The notes: generated by a model not told the origin, from the sequence alone. Counted from the first letter of the stretch, positions 1-9,915 are shown. The stretch: DNA of 64,000 nt from Candidatus Obscuribacteraceae bacterium (GCA_044229845.1 JBGASG010000001.1:864001-928000); one strand, 5' to 3'. A program made the numbers and translations.

Positions 1-1123
1 GCATGAAAAATGGTGCCAGGGTGGAAATGGCCAGTCCATAATGCAGGTTTGAAACATCAGCAATCGTGCCGACTACCCACGGCATGAAAATTCCGCCGGC
101 ATTACCAAATGCCGCCAGCGCACCGAACATAGTGGCGCCGCCGTTCGGATATCTGTCTGCCGTGATTGCCAGCATGGTCGGCCACAAGCAGCTGCCTGTC
201 AATCCTGCCAGTATGCAGGCGATCAAAGCCAAAATGGCGATCGGACAGAACGAACCGATCAGGAAAAGCAAAACCGAGATGCCGCATCCCCATGCCATGA
301 TCGTGTAGCTGTCGACGCGAGCGCTGAGAGCACCGATACCCATGCGGCCGATGGCCATGCAGATGGAGAAGAGAAACAACCCGACGCCGCCCACCCATTG
401 GGGATATTTCAAGGAAATTTCGGCGTATGCCGGCAGCCATTGAGCCATTCCCAGCTCGGTGGCGCCGCCTAAAAAAATCGCGGTCAGCGCGCCGACGAAC
501 CAGTAGTCTTTGATCAACTGGCGCAGCGGAGTTCGCTCACCACCCTCGGTGACCAGCTGAGGAAACTTCACCGCACCGAGCGCAAAAATTAGTATCAGAG
601 GCAAAGGAATCAGAAACAGACTGGAGACGCGCCAGGAGATGCCTGCCTGCAGAGCAAGAGTCCCTGCTATCACGGTCAAAGTTGCTCCCACGCAGTAGAA
701 AGAATGCAACCAGTTCATTGAGCCGGTGCGTGTCTCCGGGTTGAGCGCCGACACGACCGGGCTGAGCACCATGTCGAGAGTTCCGGCACCGAAGCCGAGC
801 AAAAAGTTGGCGCAAAGCAATACTGTGTAGTCGGGCGACCAGTAAGTGACGATCAATCCGGCGACCAGAAGAGCATTGCCCAGGAGCGCAAATACCTTGG
901 CACCAAATCGATCAGCCAGTGGACCGGTGGTCAAAATTGCCAGCACCAGACCAATGAATGTCACGGCACCGAGGCGACCCAACTGCTCTTGTGTAAGGGC
1001 ACCACCATCAGCACCCGGAAAAGAGTGTTGAATCGACACCAGAAAAATCGGCAAAAGATTGACGCCGATCGCCAGACTCATCATGGCGGCATAGCAAAGC
1101 AGCGTCAGTAGTTTTGGGCGCAA
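1..1123 (-). CDS. MFS transporter (3' end runs off the window; start TTG 1123 or ATG 1084)
   Basis: Manual minus-strand translation KLLTLLCYAAMMSLAIGVNLLP...TGPLADRFGAKVFALLG (MFS motif A) with many hydrophobic helices; absent from the ORF track because there is no stop before the window edge. Confidence 0.85.
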   Translation of the reverse strand, partial: MRPKLLTLLCYAAMMSLAIGVNLLPIFLVSIQHSFPGADGGALTQEQLGRLGAVTFIGLVLAILTTGPLADRFGAKVFALLGNALLVAGLIVTYWSPDYTVLLCANFLLGFGAGTLDMVLSPVVSALNPETRTGSMNWLHSFYCVGATLTVIAGTLALQAGISWRVSSLFLIPLPLILIFALGAVKFPQLVTEGGERTPLRQLIKDYWFVGALTAIFLGGATELGMAQWLPAYAEISLKYPQWVGGVGLFLFSICMAIGRMGIGALSARVDSYTIMAWGCGISVLLFLIGSFCPIAILALIACILAGLTGSCLWPTMLAITADRYPNGGATMFGALAAFGNAGGIFMPWVVGTIADVSNLHYGLAISTLAPFFM

Positions 1124-1127
1124 GCGA

Positions 1128-1814
1128 TCACTTCGCGGCCTGTGTTGCAGGCTGTGGACAGCCCTGGGCCAGCCAGTTGCGTACGTCGTGCAGCGACGAG
1201 AACACGCCTTCGGCAATTTGGCGTGATTCATCCGATGCGGGAAGCAAGTCAGGCACCAGGCACGAACGCATGCCGCCTGCACGAGCTGCCAACAGCCCGC
1301 TATGCGCATCTTCCAGGATCAAACAACGAGCAGGTTCGACTCCCAATGCTTCCTGTGCTTTCAAGAAGATGTCGGGATTCGGCTTGCCGCGCTCTACCAT
1401 GTCACCACCGATGATGACTGTGAAGTACTGGCGAATGTTGTGGTGCTCAAGGCGTTCGCTCGCTTCAGCCTGCACAGTGGAAGTGCCGACGGCGCAAGGA
1501 ATGTTGTTTTCCTTAGCCCAGACGAGCAATTCTTTTACCCCTGGTTTTAAGGGCAGTCCTTCGCGTTCGTGCATTTCCTTATATAGGGATGCCGCGCGAG
1601 TGCGGAAGGTTTCCAGCGGAAACGCCGCACCGAATGAGTCGCACAAAACGCGTTCGCAATCGGCGATGGTGATACCGATCAGTTTTAGATAGAGGGCATC
1701 AGTGAGGTCGAAACCCGATTCTTTTGCCGCCTGTGTCCAGGCCCGTTTGTACAGACCTTCGGTATCGAGAAGCAGCCCGTCCATGTCGAAGATGAGGGCT
1801 TGCGGAGTGCGCAT
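1128..1814 (-). CDS. HAD-family phosphatase (beta-PGM/CbbY-like)
   Basis: FDMDGLLLDT motif I, GKPNPD, ILEDA..G; AAGGGG RBS before ATG 1814. Confidence 0.9.
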   Translation of the reverse strand: MRTPQALIFDMDGLLLDTEGLYKRAWTQAAKESGFDLTDALYLKLIGITIADCERVLCDSFGAAFPLETFRTRAASLYKEMHEREGLPLKPGVKELLVWAKENNIPCAVGTSTVQAEASERLEHHNIRQYFTVIIGGDMVERGKPNPDIFLKAQEALGVEPARCLILEDAHSGLLAARAGGMRSCLVPDLLPASDESRQIAEGVFSSLHDVRNWLAQGCPQPATQAAK

Positions 1815-1830
1815 AATCAGTCCCCTTATA

Positions 1831-2391
1831 TTAGTTGGGCAGTGCCGCCGGTTCGTCGGCTTCCGGCGCCTGGAAGATATCAATCTGCTTGTTGGCGAAG
1901 ACGTTGTCGGTTTCTTCATTGCAGAAGGTGCTGACTTCGCCGATTAAAGCTTCGCCGCCCACCGGCACAAACTCGTGCCAGATGCCCGGTGTCAGCGTTA
2001 TGCGGCTGCCGGCCTTCAGTTGGAAAGGCACACCCGACTCACGCTTTTCCATGGTGCGATCGATTTTTACTTCGACCGCACCATTTGGTTTGCCTTCGCT
2101 GGGGTTCGAAGACCACAACGTGATCTGCAAAGTGCCCTGACGGCAAATGATGTCTTCTTTCTTTTCATAGTGCGTGTGTGCCGGCGTCACCATGCCTTCC
2201 TGCGCGTACATGATCTTTTCGCAGTATTCAGGCTCGTTGGCGAGCAGTACCTCGACCAGACCGACCGTTTTATAGTCGCCCAGTCCGAAATCGCAAGCCG
2301 ACCATTCGGCCTTTGGCGGTAATACCCAGTGATGTTTCTTCAGGCACTCTGCCGCCTCGCGGCAGAGTTTGTTGATTTCGCTTTGCTTCAT
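1831..2391 (-). CDS. D-lyxose/D-mannose family sugar isomerase (cupin)
   Basis: DFGLG, YCEK, P.H.H..KKEDI, PG.WH.F, GEVS, N.F motifs. Confidence 0.88.
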   Translation of the reverse strand: MKQSEINKLCREAAECLKKHHWVLPPKAEWSACDFGLGDYKTVGLVEVLLANEPEYCEKIMYAQEGMVTPAHTHYEKKEDIICRQGTLQITLWSSNPSEGKPNGAVEVKIDRTMEKRESGVPFQLKAGSRITLTPGIWHEFVPVGGEALIGEVSTFCNEETDNVFANKQIDIFQAPEADEPAALPN

Positions 2392-2404
2392 GACGTTCCT
2401 TTAC

Positions 2405-3250
2405 TTACACTTTCGAAAGTTCTTTTTCTTCAATGTGTCTGAGCGCATCTTTGGCTGATTCGCCATTATGCAGAACGGCTTGCAGAGCCTTAGTCATGCC
2501 CTTAGGATTCTTGTGCTGGATGACATTGCGACCGTAAATAAATCCGGCAACGCCTTCAGCCACCAATTTTTCTGTGTGTTCGAGAACTTCTTTGTCTGAA
2601 GCGCGACTGCCGCCTCGTACGCAGACCGGCACGCCCGATGCAGCTTCGATGACGCGATCGAATTCGCTCTCCGGTTCGGTCGAATCGGTTTTGATCAAAT
2701 CGGCGCCCAGTTCGGCCGCCATGCGAGCCAATGTGGCAACGCGAGCAGGATTGCCGTCGCCCACCAGACCGTCTTTGGTTTTCTTGAACGACAGAGGCTC
2801 GATGCCCAGGGGCATGCCGTAGCGATCGCATTCATTCTTGATTTTCAAGATATTGCGAACGCATTGATTGAGCATCTCCGGGAAGTCGTCAACTTGCAAC
2901 AGATTCAACAAGATGCACGCCGCATCGAGGCGAACCGCTACTTCGACCGCGCCTTCGTAGGCTTCGCAGAAAAGTTTGGAGGTCGGAACGACGTCGTTGT
3001 AAAAGTTGGCTGTGTCGGCGCGCAGCATCAAAGCCGGTTTGTTGCGTCCGGGCACGCGTTGCAGATGCGGAGCCTCACCGGGTGACAGAAGCACGCCGTC
3101 GGGATTGGCGTCGGCCAGGGTTGTCACTGTTTTTTCCATGTTCTCGATGCCTTCCAGGAAGGCACTGTTGTTGAAGAGAGCGTGGTCAACCGCGACTACG
3201 AGAGTGCGCTTGGACGTTGGGTGAAACAGACGATTCAATCGATAAAGCAT
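2405..3250 (-). CDS. Class I aldolase, DhnA/LsrF family
   Basis: VAVDHA, AAELGADLIKT (Schiff-base Lys), RGG, YGRNVIQ. Confidence 0.88.
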   Translation of the reverse strand: MLYRLNRLFHPTSKRTLVVAVDHALFNNSAFLEGIENMEKTVTTLADANPDGVLLSPGEAPHLQRVPGRNKPALMLRADTANFYNDVVPTSKLFCEAYEGAVEVAVRLDAACILLNLLQVDDFPEMLNQCVRNILKIKNECDRYGMPLGIEPLSFKKTKDGLVGDGNPARVATLARMAAELGADLIKTDSTEPESEFDRVIEAASGVPVCVRGGSRASDKEVLEHTEKLVAEGVAGFIYGRNVIQHKNPKGMTKALQAVLHNGESAKDALRHIEEKELSKV

Positions 3251-3493
3251 CACTGGTACCTGCGGTGAGTTTTCAACAGTTCCGGCAGCGGGGACGCGCG
3301 GATAAGTTGGCTGATTTTAACATATGCATTGCTTATACAAGGGTGCTCATGGCGACTGCAATTGCGTAGCGAGCGGTGTCGGGTGTTGCCACCAATTGCG
3401 GTACTACACACAGGCATGAGCAAGGGAAAGGAGCGAGGCCGGCAAGAGCAGACCTCGCGTCGTCTATTTTGGTTGATCAATCAATGCGCAGCG

Positions 3494-3988
3494 TTACTTC
3501 AGAAGGTTTTCCAGTCCCTTGGTGCCGCCGACGCCTTGTTTAACGCCCTGTTTCATCAGTTCGTTGACGCCTTTTTGCATGCCTTGTTTAACCAAGCCCT
3601 TCATCATGTCGCCGGCAACGCCGGTGGGGACCAGTGAGTTAGTCGTGGCTTGTGTAGGCGGTGCACCGGCTGCGGCAGTGGCTGCCGGAGCGACGGCCGG
3701 CGTGGTTGCGGCGGTGGCTGGAGTGGCAGGTGTGCCGGGCGTTGCCGGGGTTGCGCTGCCGGCAATTTTCACTTCCAGTCCCTCAGGGGACGGACCAAGA
3801 ATCATGTTGCCTTTTTGCGTCACTGTCAGCGAGTACGACTTATGCGAGATCTGCTCGGTGACGTAGTACTGACCGGCAGGCATGGTTGTTGTGCCGACTT
3901 CCTGTGGTCCCGTGATAGGCGCTGTGTCAGCGGCTGCCGGGAGCATCGCCGAGAGAGCGATTGTTAGTGCAAGCATTACGTGTCGCAT
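3494..3988 (-). CDS. Secreted hypothetical protein with Pro/Thr/Ala-rich linker
   Basis: Signal peptide MRHVMLALTIALSAMLPAAA; GAGG RBS. Confidence 0.75.
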   Translation of the reverse strand: MRHVMLALTIALSAMLPAAADTAPITGPQEVGTTTMPAGQYYVTEQISHKSYSLTVTQKGNMILGPSPEGLEVKIAGSATPATPGTPATPATAATTPAVAPAATAAAGAPPTQATTNSLVPTGVAGDMMKGLVKQGMQKGVNELMKQGVKQGVGGTKGLENLLK

Positions 3989-4089
3989 GTAAATACCTCG
4001 GTGTTTTCAGGACTTTTTTTGGTTCTCCGCACACTCTTACTACCCACTCAGTCGAAGAACTACATTAAATGCGAGAGGCTGTCGATTTA

Positions 4090-4252
4090 GAGTGTCTGCT
4101 TGGCTTCTGGGGCGATCTGGTGAACTCCAGAATGCCGGCCGGCGGGTGTAGTAGCGGTATCACAGACGGTAGTGCAGGTGGTGCTGGAACCCCTCACCAG
4201 TGCTGACGGTGAAGTGTCACTGGCAGAGGCTGTCAGGGCACGACAATGACTC
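4090..4252 (+). ncRNA. Candidate structured intergenic RNA (unassigned)
   Basis: Nested pairings 4102-4109/4224-4231, 4117-4123/4194-4200 and 4126-4130/4184-4188, with G-U wobbles on the + strand. Confidence 0.3.
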
Positions 4253-4387
4253 GAAATACCAGGTTTTTCCCATGCGAAAATGATCGAAAAACAGTTATCA
4301 TGAGGATAGGAAAACAACTCCTGTCGTGCCGCGATGCTCTCACATCGATGCGCGGCTGATTCGTGTTGTCTGTATGAGGATGATTAC

Positions 4388-5965
4388 ATGGTCAATATTA
4401 CGAAGTCCGCAGGTGGTATCACATTCAGTGTCGATGATGTGGAGCCGGCGACAGCCGCGCTCAATTGTCGCGACCTGGGATACGGGCTGAGCACATTGTT
4501 GCCCGGCGGTGTGCGACTCAATTCGTGGTCCGACTACAATTCCAAAGTCGTGAGCGACGTCGAGTTTCATCCGCTGATCGCCGCAGTGCACCTGGCATTC
4601 GCCGATCACCGTCCCCTGGTCATTTCGCCTGACATGATCTGGGTGACGATACTGCAAGGTTTTTCGCAGCACGTGCGCAACAATGCGGAAGCACTGCGTC
4701 ACAAGCTGGTCAAACACGCCGAAGGAAAAGTGGAGATCGGCATCGCGATGGATGACCTCTTTCTTGAATCTCCAGAAAGTGCCTGGCACGAAGCGATTGA
4801 GATGCTGGCATTTGCTTTGCGCAATGAGATTGGCGATATCTTCGATAACTTGATGTGCGACTTCAGCACCACAGGGCCAGTCGAACGCACAGTAAGTCGA
4901 ATCACGCTTCTCGATATCTATGAACCATTTTTCGATTACGTGATCTTAGCTGGATGCGGAATTCCCTCCATTACCCTGGAGGGGACCAGTGCAGATTGGT
5001 TGAAGATGCGCAACAAGCTCGATGTACTCACCGACTTCGGTCTGGACTTCTGGCTTGTTCACGTACGGCCGATTCTGGAGCAGTTTTACAGAGCTTCGCG
5101 TGGCGACATCGATCTCAATCATTGGCAGAGCATCTACAAGCAACAGACCCATTACGGAGTAGCGCGAATCAATGGCTGGATAGCCAAGTTGATTCCATAC
5201 CTGAAAGGGCGCTCTGAGAAATTCGATGATGTAAATCCGCTGCTGCTGCCGTCGTCTGATCCTCGCTCTGAGGATGCCGAAGTGTTTTCCTCATTGCTTC
5301 CAATGGGTACGGCGCTGGTTCCATTTCTGTTAATCGACAAAACGACTGAGCCGACTCGCTCATTCAGTATGGAAATCGTCGGCGGCTTTGTGGGCGTCGA
5401 TCAAGATGAAGAAACACTGGCGCTGCGCCCGAAGCTTGGATGGGCAGTGCGGCAGGCGGCGATTGCGGCCTACTTCAACTACGACATTCCGCAGACTTGG
5501 ACGATTGAGCCGCCTTTGGGCGCAGAGGAGCAGTTGCCGTTGCTCGATTTGTTGCATCTGCGTGCTCTTTATGGCGTTGACGCCAACAGCTTGACCGCGT
5601 TCTACCGGGACTGCAATGGTATTGTGTTCTCTGATACTGTCAGTGGTGTTGGTGCCCGCATCAGACCACTGGCGGAACTCACTTTCGAGCACGAACCGGT
5701 TGTCGACGAGAGCCGTTTCTGGGACCGCACCATCTGGGTGACTATTGCCGACCTGGCCGACGGCGGGCAGGCTTATTTGTGCATCGGCAATGACGACCCC
5801 GCCATCTGGAAAACCGCTCCAGGCTGCGAGGAAAAACTTCCGGTCGCTTATCGCTTTGTGCAATTCGTCAGGGCGTTTGTGAGAAACGAGGGCAACGTCC
5901 CTGTGCTGCCGCCAATGAGTAATGAAGAAAGGAGGAAACTCTGGTTCGGGTTTGCAGAAAACTAA
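4388..5965 (+). CDS. DUF4419 protein with C-terminal SMI1/KNR4-like extension
   Basis: HLAFADHRPLVISPDMIW, DFSTT, CGIPSITLEG, GWI, LRPKLGWAV; C-terminal FY..CNG...IRPL pattern; GAGGA RBS before ATG 4388. Confidence 0.8.
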   Translation: MVNITKSAGGITFSVDDVEPATAALNCRDLGYGLSTLLPGGVRLNSWSDYNSKVVSDVEFHPLIAAVHLAFADHRPLVISPDMIWVTILQGFSQHVRNNAEALRHKLVKHAEGKVEIGIAMDDLFLESPESAWHEAIEMLAFALRNEIGDIFDNLMCDFSTTGPVERTVSRITLLDIYEPFFDYVILAGCGIPSITLEGTSADWLKMRNKLDVLTDFGLDFWLVHVRPILEQFYRASRGDIDLNHWQSIYKQQTHYGVARINGWIAKLIPYLKGRSEKFDDVNPLLLPSSDPRSEDAEVFSSLLPMGTALVPFLLIDKTTEPTRSFSMEIVGGFVGVDQDEETLALRPKLGWAVRQAAIAAYFNYDIPQTWTIEPPLGAEEQLPLLDLLHLRALYGVDANSLTAFYRDCNGIVFSDTVSGVGARIRPLAELTFEHEPVVDESRFWDRTIWVTIADLADGGQAYLCIGNDDPAIWKTAPGCEEKLPVAYRFVQFVRAFVRNEGNVPVLPPMSNEERRKLWFGFAEN

Positions 5966-6000
5966 GCATTCTTTCTGGGGTAGGTGGCTCCTGATTCGGC

Positions 6001-6037
6001 CTTGGGGAAATCAACAGAAGTGTTGATTTCCCCTAAG
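6001..6037. terminator. Hairpin between convergent genes (probable bidirectional terminator)
   Basis: Perfect 13-bp stem GGGGAAATCAACA/TGTTGATTTCCCC with GAAG loop (6004-6033). Confidence 0.55.
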
Positions 6038-6088
6038 GGGTTAGTAGCACCCCCAACGGATTCTTCTTCCCCGTCAGGTCGGGTCGGG

Positions 6089-7198
6089 TCAGGGCACGAC
6101 GACCCAGACGGACGGAAAGCTTTTTTGAAAGTCGGCGACTGACAGCTTGAACGCACCATCAGGGACTCCGTCTCTCGGTTGTCCGTCGGGGGTGACCGGT
6201 TCACTGTTGCCGCCGGGAGACCAGCCCCACGGGTTGCGCACGCTCACTTGCCGGTCACGCGGGTCGTACTTGGCTGTGTACAGGTGCGTGAAAAACACAC
6301 CGCGCTCATCCATGTCCTTGTCGGTGTTAATTGGCTTGGAACCGGCGCACATAGGCAATCCCCACTGCGCCGTCACTTCTAGTTTTTGCCTGAAGTTGCG
6401 GTCTGTTGGATCGAGCCGCGCATACTGCTCGCCGGTCAACAGGCTCAGTGCCACGCCGCAGTCGCCGCCGTGCAATGCAGCGATGTCGTGCTTGGCGGGA
6501 TACGGCGAATTACGGTTGAACAACTGAGCTGCCGCTTTCTCCAGAACTGCCACCCATGATCCGTGTTTATCGGAGCGCGCGAAGAGCGCCATCTCCATCG
6601 CGGTTGGTGCATCGACTGTGACTGGATATTTCGGTGCGCCAGGGAATGTTACCGTGAACTTGCCATCGGGTTCTTCCTTGATCATGCGGGCGATGGTTTC
6701 AGGCATGGTGTCTGCTACCGCTGCTACCGAGCCAAGAAACCAGCAGTCGCCGACCGAGCCCTGTCCTACGGCATCCGACTTGATTGCGTCGACAGGCTTC
6801 TTGAACTCGCCCCACAGTTTTTGATTGATGTTGTCGGTGCGCGAGCCGGCGATCAGCATAGCCAGTTTGAGCTTTTCCGCGAGGTCGCCATTGGGATCGT
6901 CTTTCAGTTTTTTGCTCATCGCTTGCACATCTTTTTCTGAGATGCCGCTGTCTTTCTTGTCTTGTCCGTCAATCAGTTCGAATCCGTAGAGCATACCAAT
7001 CACCATACCCGCATCATGACTGGTGAACTTTTTGTTGGAGACGGTTTCGAACAGCTCCGCAACTTCAACCCTGCCATTGTGATTGGTGTCAAGCTCTTCG
7101 CGGTGAGCCTTGAACCACGGCTCAATATCAGCCACCGTAGGTGGTTGCGCTTGCTTGACCGGCGCCGGTGCTTCCTTTTCGATAATCAAGTCTGCCAT
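6089..7198 (-). CDS. Calpain-like cysteine protease (peptidase C2) with N-terminal EF-hand
   Basis: QGSVGDCWFL (Cys), LEKA, THLYT (His), RNPWG (Asn); EF-hand loop DTNHNGRVEVAE. Confidence 0.88.
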   Translation of the reverse strand: MADLIIEKEAPAPVKQAQPPTVADIEPWFKAHREELDTNHNGRVEVAELFETVSNKKFTSHDAGMVIGMLYGFELIDGQDKKDSGISEKDVQAMSKKLKDDPNGDLAEKLKLAMLIAGSRTDNINQKLWGEFKKPVDAIKSDAVGQGSVGDCWFLGSVAAVADTMPETIARMIKEEPDGKFTVTFPGAPKYPVTVDAPTAMEMALFARSDKHGSWVAVLEKAAAQLFNRNSPYPAKHDIAALHGGDCGVALSLLTGEQYARLDPTDRNFRQKLEVTAQWGLPMCAGSKPINTDKDMDERGVFFTHLYTAKYDPRDRQVSVRNPWGWSPGGNSEPVTPDGQPRDGVPDGAFKLSVADFQKSFPSVWVVVP

Positions 7199-9700
7199 TT
7201 ACTTCTTGCCGCTCAGAGGTGGAATGTACAGTTCGACTTTTGGTCCGGGACTTTGGAGATACCACTGGCGCACTTGCTTGGGTGTACTCGGTGCATTTAT
7301 CTCGTCGAGAAGCTCATCTATCTTTTCCAACGCTTGCATGGTCACCGGTACTTCATCTAAGACGCGGCGTTGCCCGTTGAGGAAGGGAGTTGTCTTTGCC
7401 CAGGGCACGTAAGACTGACCGGGCATGATACGCAAGACGGCTCCGCCGGCGGCTGAGAATAGCGAATCGCCAAAGACATCTTTTCCGTAGTCGGATGCCA
7501 GGTCGAATCCTGATGAATAAGATCCGTCGAATGCCTTGGGTGCGTACTGGCGTCCGCGGGCGATGGCGGATGTGGTGGCACCGGCGGCCAGGTCGGCGAG
7601 TACGACGTTGCGCGCGCCGACTCGACCCATACTGGCGACGGCGCCCACTGCTTCGCGATAGGCGGGGTTGCCGACGAGAGGCAATCTCGAATACCAGGGG
7701 AGACCTGCACGCATACTCTTCAGTCCGGTGTATGCCAGTTCGCGTGCTGTCTCGAAACGTTGGGCGCCTTGCAAGCCTTCCAGCAGCGCAGTGTCGGCGG
7801 AGACGGCGCTCATGGCGCGCTCTGCGGAAGTCAGTGCCCGGGCGCTGCCGTTCAATCCACTCAATGCGGCACGGCGCACTAGAACGCCGGCACCACCGCT
7901 GAGACCATCGACGCCGCCAATTAGCGGGTCGTACCATTTTACTTCGCCTTCGCACATATATTTGAGACCGGTGCGCGTGGCTGATCCGGCGGCGAATCCG
8001 GCTGCTAACGCAGCGGGTCCGCTCCAACCCGTAGCCACCACTACCAGAGCACCGGCGGCGATGGCGGCTGCTGTGTATCCGAGCTCTTTCAGCAGATGCT
8101 TGATGAACGACTCTTCCTTCTCGATAGCCTGCGGCATGGTGGCAAATTTCCGCAGCTCTTCCAGTTGTGTTGCTGCACTTTTCGCGTACTCCGGGTCAAT
8201 CTTCTCGATTTCATCGAAGATTGCCAGGGCGTCGCCTTGCTTCTTGTTGCACAGTGCAAACACGCCTTCCATCAGTCTCGTGTATGCGGGAGCATGTGCC
8301 AGCAGTTCCAGCCCTTTCAGTCCTTCCTTTGCTTCTTCCAACTCGCGCGCCAGTTTTTGTTTGTCGGCGTCCGATGTCGCGATCGCCAGGTCTGCCTCTA
8401 GTTTCTTTGCCTTCTCGTCTTGTGACTGGCGCAATTTTTCGATTGCGTCGGCAGGAAGTTTCTTCACCTCTTCCTGAGCCAGAGCCAGCTCGCGCTGGGC
8501 AGCTTCTGCATCGAACGATTTGGGGCTCAAGTGACGTTGAAACTGCACAAGGTGATTGTGGAACTCGAAGACTGATTGCTCCTTACCTTCAGTTCTGGTG
8601 TAGAGCAAGGTGTTGAGATACATGCCGTGATTTTCGCTGACAAATTCTGGATCGATTTTCGCTGCGCTTTCGACCAGGTTGGTGGCTTCCGCAAAACTTC
8701 CCTGGCTGACCGCCAGTTTCACGCGACCGAACCGCACCGCCGCTGATGCATGCAGCAGTTCTTCGGTAGCCCGTTTTTCCAACTGCAAATCTGCTTGGTG
8801 TTCTTGAGTTGCTTTGCCGGCGGACAGCTCGTCGTCTACCGACTTGAGGCGAGTGCGCAGCGCTGCGTAGTTCAAGCCATCGGCAGCGGCCGTGGCCCGG
8901 TCAAAGTAGCCTGCCGCTTCGCCGCTGTTGTGAAAACTCAATGCACGGCTGCCCATTCTCGCCAGTTCGAGCGGATCGACTCCGCCCGCGATCGCCTGGC
9001 GTTTCAAACGCAGCGCGACGTCATCGCGAATATTCGCGCTTTCCGGTCCGCCGCCGCCATAGAGCATCGATTCGGTCAGGACCTTCTGGGCGCCGGTGAG
9101 GTCCCCGGTCTCAGCAAGAAACGCCGCATGCATTTCGCGAATTGCTCGCGGCGCAGTGATCACTTGCTCCAGACGATTCTTGAGAATAAGCAGTTCTTGC
9201 GGCGTGAATTTTTCCAGATCGAGTTTGCCGTCTGCACGCATTCTGCCTTCCAGATCTAGTTTGGCGGCTGCACCGGGAGTAGGAAGCCGCAACGCCAGGC
9301 TGTTTTGTCCCAGACGCTGCTGGCGCAGCAGCAATTCCTGCTGCACATCATTGAGGACTTGCGCAGCCTTCATGAAGTCGGCGCCGTCGGCGATGTCTTC
9401 TGCGCGCTTGAATTGGCGATTGATCTGCTCAGGCAAACGAGCCACGCGCTCGCCAACTGTGGATTTGACAGTCTTATCGCCATCTCTAAATTCGGTGGTC
9501 TGATCGCGACGCACTCCGGCATAGCCGTTGAGTTCTTCAATCAGAAAACTTGCTTCTGCGAAAGCCAACATCGGGTCCGTTTCGGCAGTCTTTGCCTTAC
9601 CGACTCCGCGCCGCGCGTCTAGAAGCAAGTCGAATCCCGACAAAACCTCCGGGTGCGGAGATGTATCGGCTGGGGGAAGCAGCGTGATTTTATCGCCCAA
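7199..9700 (-). CDS. Large hypothetical protein: helical/TPR-like N-part, hydrophobic Gly/Ala-rich C-part
   Basis: 833-aa ORF; YTAAAIAAGALVVVATGWSGPAALAAGFAAG segment; its TAA directly abuts the calpain ATG; start uncertain. Confidence 0.75.
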   Translation of the reverse strand: MGDKITLLPPADTSPHPEVLSGFDLLLDARRGVGKAKTAETDPMLAFAEASFLIEELNGYAGVRRDQTTEFRDGDKTVKSTVGERVARLPEQINRQFKRAEDIADGADFMKAAQVLNDVQQELLLRQQRLGQNSLALRLPTPGAAAKLDLEGRMRADGKLDLEKFTPQELLILKNRLEQVITAPRAIREMHAAFLAETGDLTGAQKVLTESMLYGGGGPESANIRDDVALRLKRQAIAGGVDPLELARMGSRALSFHNSGEAAGYFDRATAAADGLNYAALRTRLKSVDDELSAGKATQEHQADLQLEKRATEELLHASAAVRFGRVKLAVSQGSFAEATNLVESAAKIDPEFVSENHGMYLNTLLYTRTEGKEQSVFEFHNHLVQFQRHLSPKSFDAEAAQRELALAQEEVKKLPADAIEKLRQSQDEKAKKLEADLAIATSDADKQKLARELEEAKEGLKGLELLAHAPAYTRLMEGVFALCNKKQGDALAIFDEIEKIDPEYAKSAATQLEELRKFATMPQAIEKEESFIKHLLKELGYTAAAIAAGALVVVATGWSGPAALAAGFAAGSATRTGLKYMCEGEVKWYDPLIGGVDGLSGGAGVLVRRAALSGLNGSARALTSAERAMSAVSADTALLEGLQGAQRFETARELAYTGLKSMRAGLPWYSRLPLVGNPAYREAVGAVASMGRVGARNVVLADLAAGATTSAIARGRQYAPKAFDGSYSSGFDLASDYGKDVFGDSLFSAAGGAVLRIMPGQSYVPWAKTTPFLNGQRRVLDEVPVTMQALEKIDELLDEINAPSTPKQVRQWYLQSPGPKVELYIPPLSGKK

Positions 9701-9829
9701 TGGGTTATCTCTGGAAACGGTGGGGATGTTTCCGGATAGCCTGCCCTGGCTCTATATATACGGCCGCGCCCAGTTCTGGACAACGTGGAATTAGGCAACG
9801 GCGGACTGCATATTTATGTATCTGGCCGG

Positions 9830-9906
9830 AATCAGTACAGATTCCGTGCAGAATCAGTGCAGATTCTGTGCAGATTCACCGCAGCATCGGTACAGATTCA
9901 GTACAC
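9830..9906. repeat. Seven degenerate 11-bp tandem repeats (consensus AWTCNGTRCAG)
   Basis: AATCAGTACAG ATTCCGTGCAG AATCAGTGCAG ATTCTGTGCAG ATTCACCGCAG CATCGGTACAG ATTCAGTACAC. Confidence 0.85.
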
Positions 9907-9915
9907 GTATACTAC

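Noticed and set aside
9830..9906. Possible CRISPR array
   Set aside because: Units are 11 bp, contiguous and without spacers; no cas genes in the window
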